Shown here piece by piece: positions 62,861 to 64,000 of a stretch of DNA of 64,000 nucleotides. The notes below the pieces were generated by a model. It searched no databases. It saw only the letters and a program-made list of their open reading frames with translations, and had not been told where the DNA came from. The DNA lies in assembly GCA_053919585.1 (NCBI GenBank), contig CM132786.1, one strand, 5' to 3'. Origin of the DNA: Euprymna scolopes. Lineage: Eukaryota. The position numbers and the translations under genes are program-made. Within the stretch, counting starts at the first letter, position 1. Each line of letters starts with the position of its first letter.

Positions 62861-64000
62861 TATATTTCTCACTATGCATAAATGCGAAGCCCACAAGCGG
62901 AGACGTAAACTGCGATAATGTTATGGCAAAATCAGACAGCTCATTGTAAAAATGCCAATTTTCCTACAAGTAACCCTCCTTGCTAAGCCCCCTAATGCTT
63001 AACGAAAGAGTGATCATCCTGTTGCATAATAATTAGTGTTGTCCGCCATAGAAACGGTAGCTTGCGAATAGTAAAATTATTTAATTTATTAATGTTTGAT
63101 AAAATATATATCACAAGTAAATACATTAAAAGTACTTTTAGTCGAAGCAAAATGTCATAATTATTGTTTCTTTGTAGCATGGTGATACTATCAAGAAATG
63201 TGCTGCACGTAAATTAAGCGAACATTTACAGAAAGAAGCGTGATTTTGGGGGCCATTGCAATTAAGAAGACGCAGGTTAAATACGTCGTTGTAAGTTTGT
63301 TTTATTCTTGTAATGTGCACTAATTGATGATGATAATAAAATTCACTGAACATCTATAAGTAATATCGCTGATACCAATTTTCAAATCAGTTTGCTAAAG
63401 CAGGGGGTGATGCATATTACCGGATGCACAACATTTACTCGTATACACAGATACTTTAACCGCGATATCTTTTAAAGATTCTTGCAGTCATTTAAGTGCA
63501 ATTGTATTAATATTTCGTGCACATGGTTCATCGGGTGTATTTTTTAATGTGTTGGAATGTGTGTTAGAAGAGAGGAGTTTAGTAGTTATATATTAGAGCA
63601 AATTTAGAGATAAATATGACCAGTTTTAAAATCACTAGTATTCGTTATTATTCGTAAACTGTTATTCTCCTTGCATGTCGCACAAAGCCGAACGCATCAT
63701 TAGCAATATTTTCAAAAGATACGCGTTTTCAGTATCTTCATTATTCTTGATTATAAAAATATAATAAGCAGAACCCGTAAAAATTCCACAAAATGAGAAA
63801 TATATTTTATCACCCAATATGTGTTCATAAAACTGATACTTTTCAGGAAAGGCAAATATGTATTTTTATAGAGAATAATCAGTAAGACGTTGTAATTATG
63901 AGTTTATACACATTATTATGAAAATAGTGTCAATTTTATTTTAAATGCATAACGGACGAATGAGATAAATTTATAAATACTAATGTATACTAGGAAAATA

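Overview
AT-rich eukaryotic (most likely invertebrate animal) non-coding DNA made almost entirely of repeats and decayed transposons. I found no confident host gene. Contents in order: (1) a ~4 kb 15-bp minisatellite containing a near-perfect 1381-bp tandem duplication; (2) a decayed I/Nimb-type LINE interrupted by a partly inverted R4/Dong-type (RLE) retrotransposon fragment; (3) at least six CR1(Zenon)-type LINE copies from two subfamilies, one with an intact RT domain; (4) several Gypsy LTR-retrotransposon remnants, including two diverged copies of one family that together define its LTR, PBS and PPT; (5) Penelope-like elements, one split by a Gypsy insertion, with degenerate hammerhead-ribozyme motifs nearby; (6) an assembly gap. 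The most unusual structure is at 54935-57544: three diverged non-autonomous Helitron-like units joined head-to-tail at an A|T site. Each unit carries palindromic motifs, a TATA-like box, a tRNA(Met/Ile)-like A/B-box sequence and an oligo-T run, which resembles a Pol III transcription unit on a rolling-circle element. All family assignments come from protein motifs and termini recognised by eye; no database search was run.
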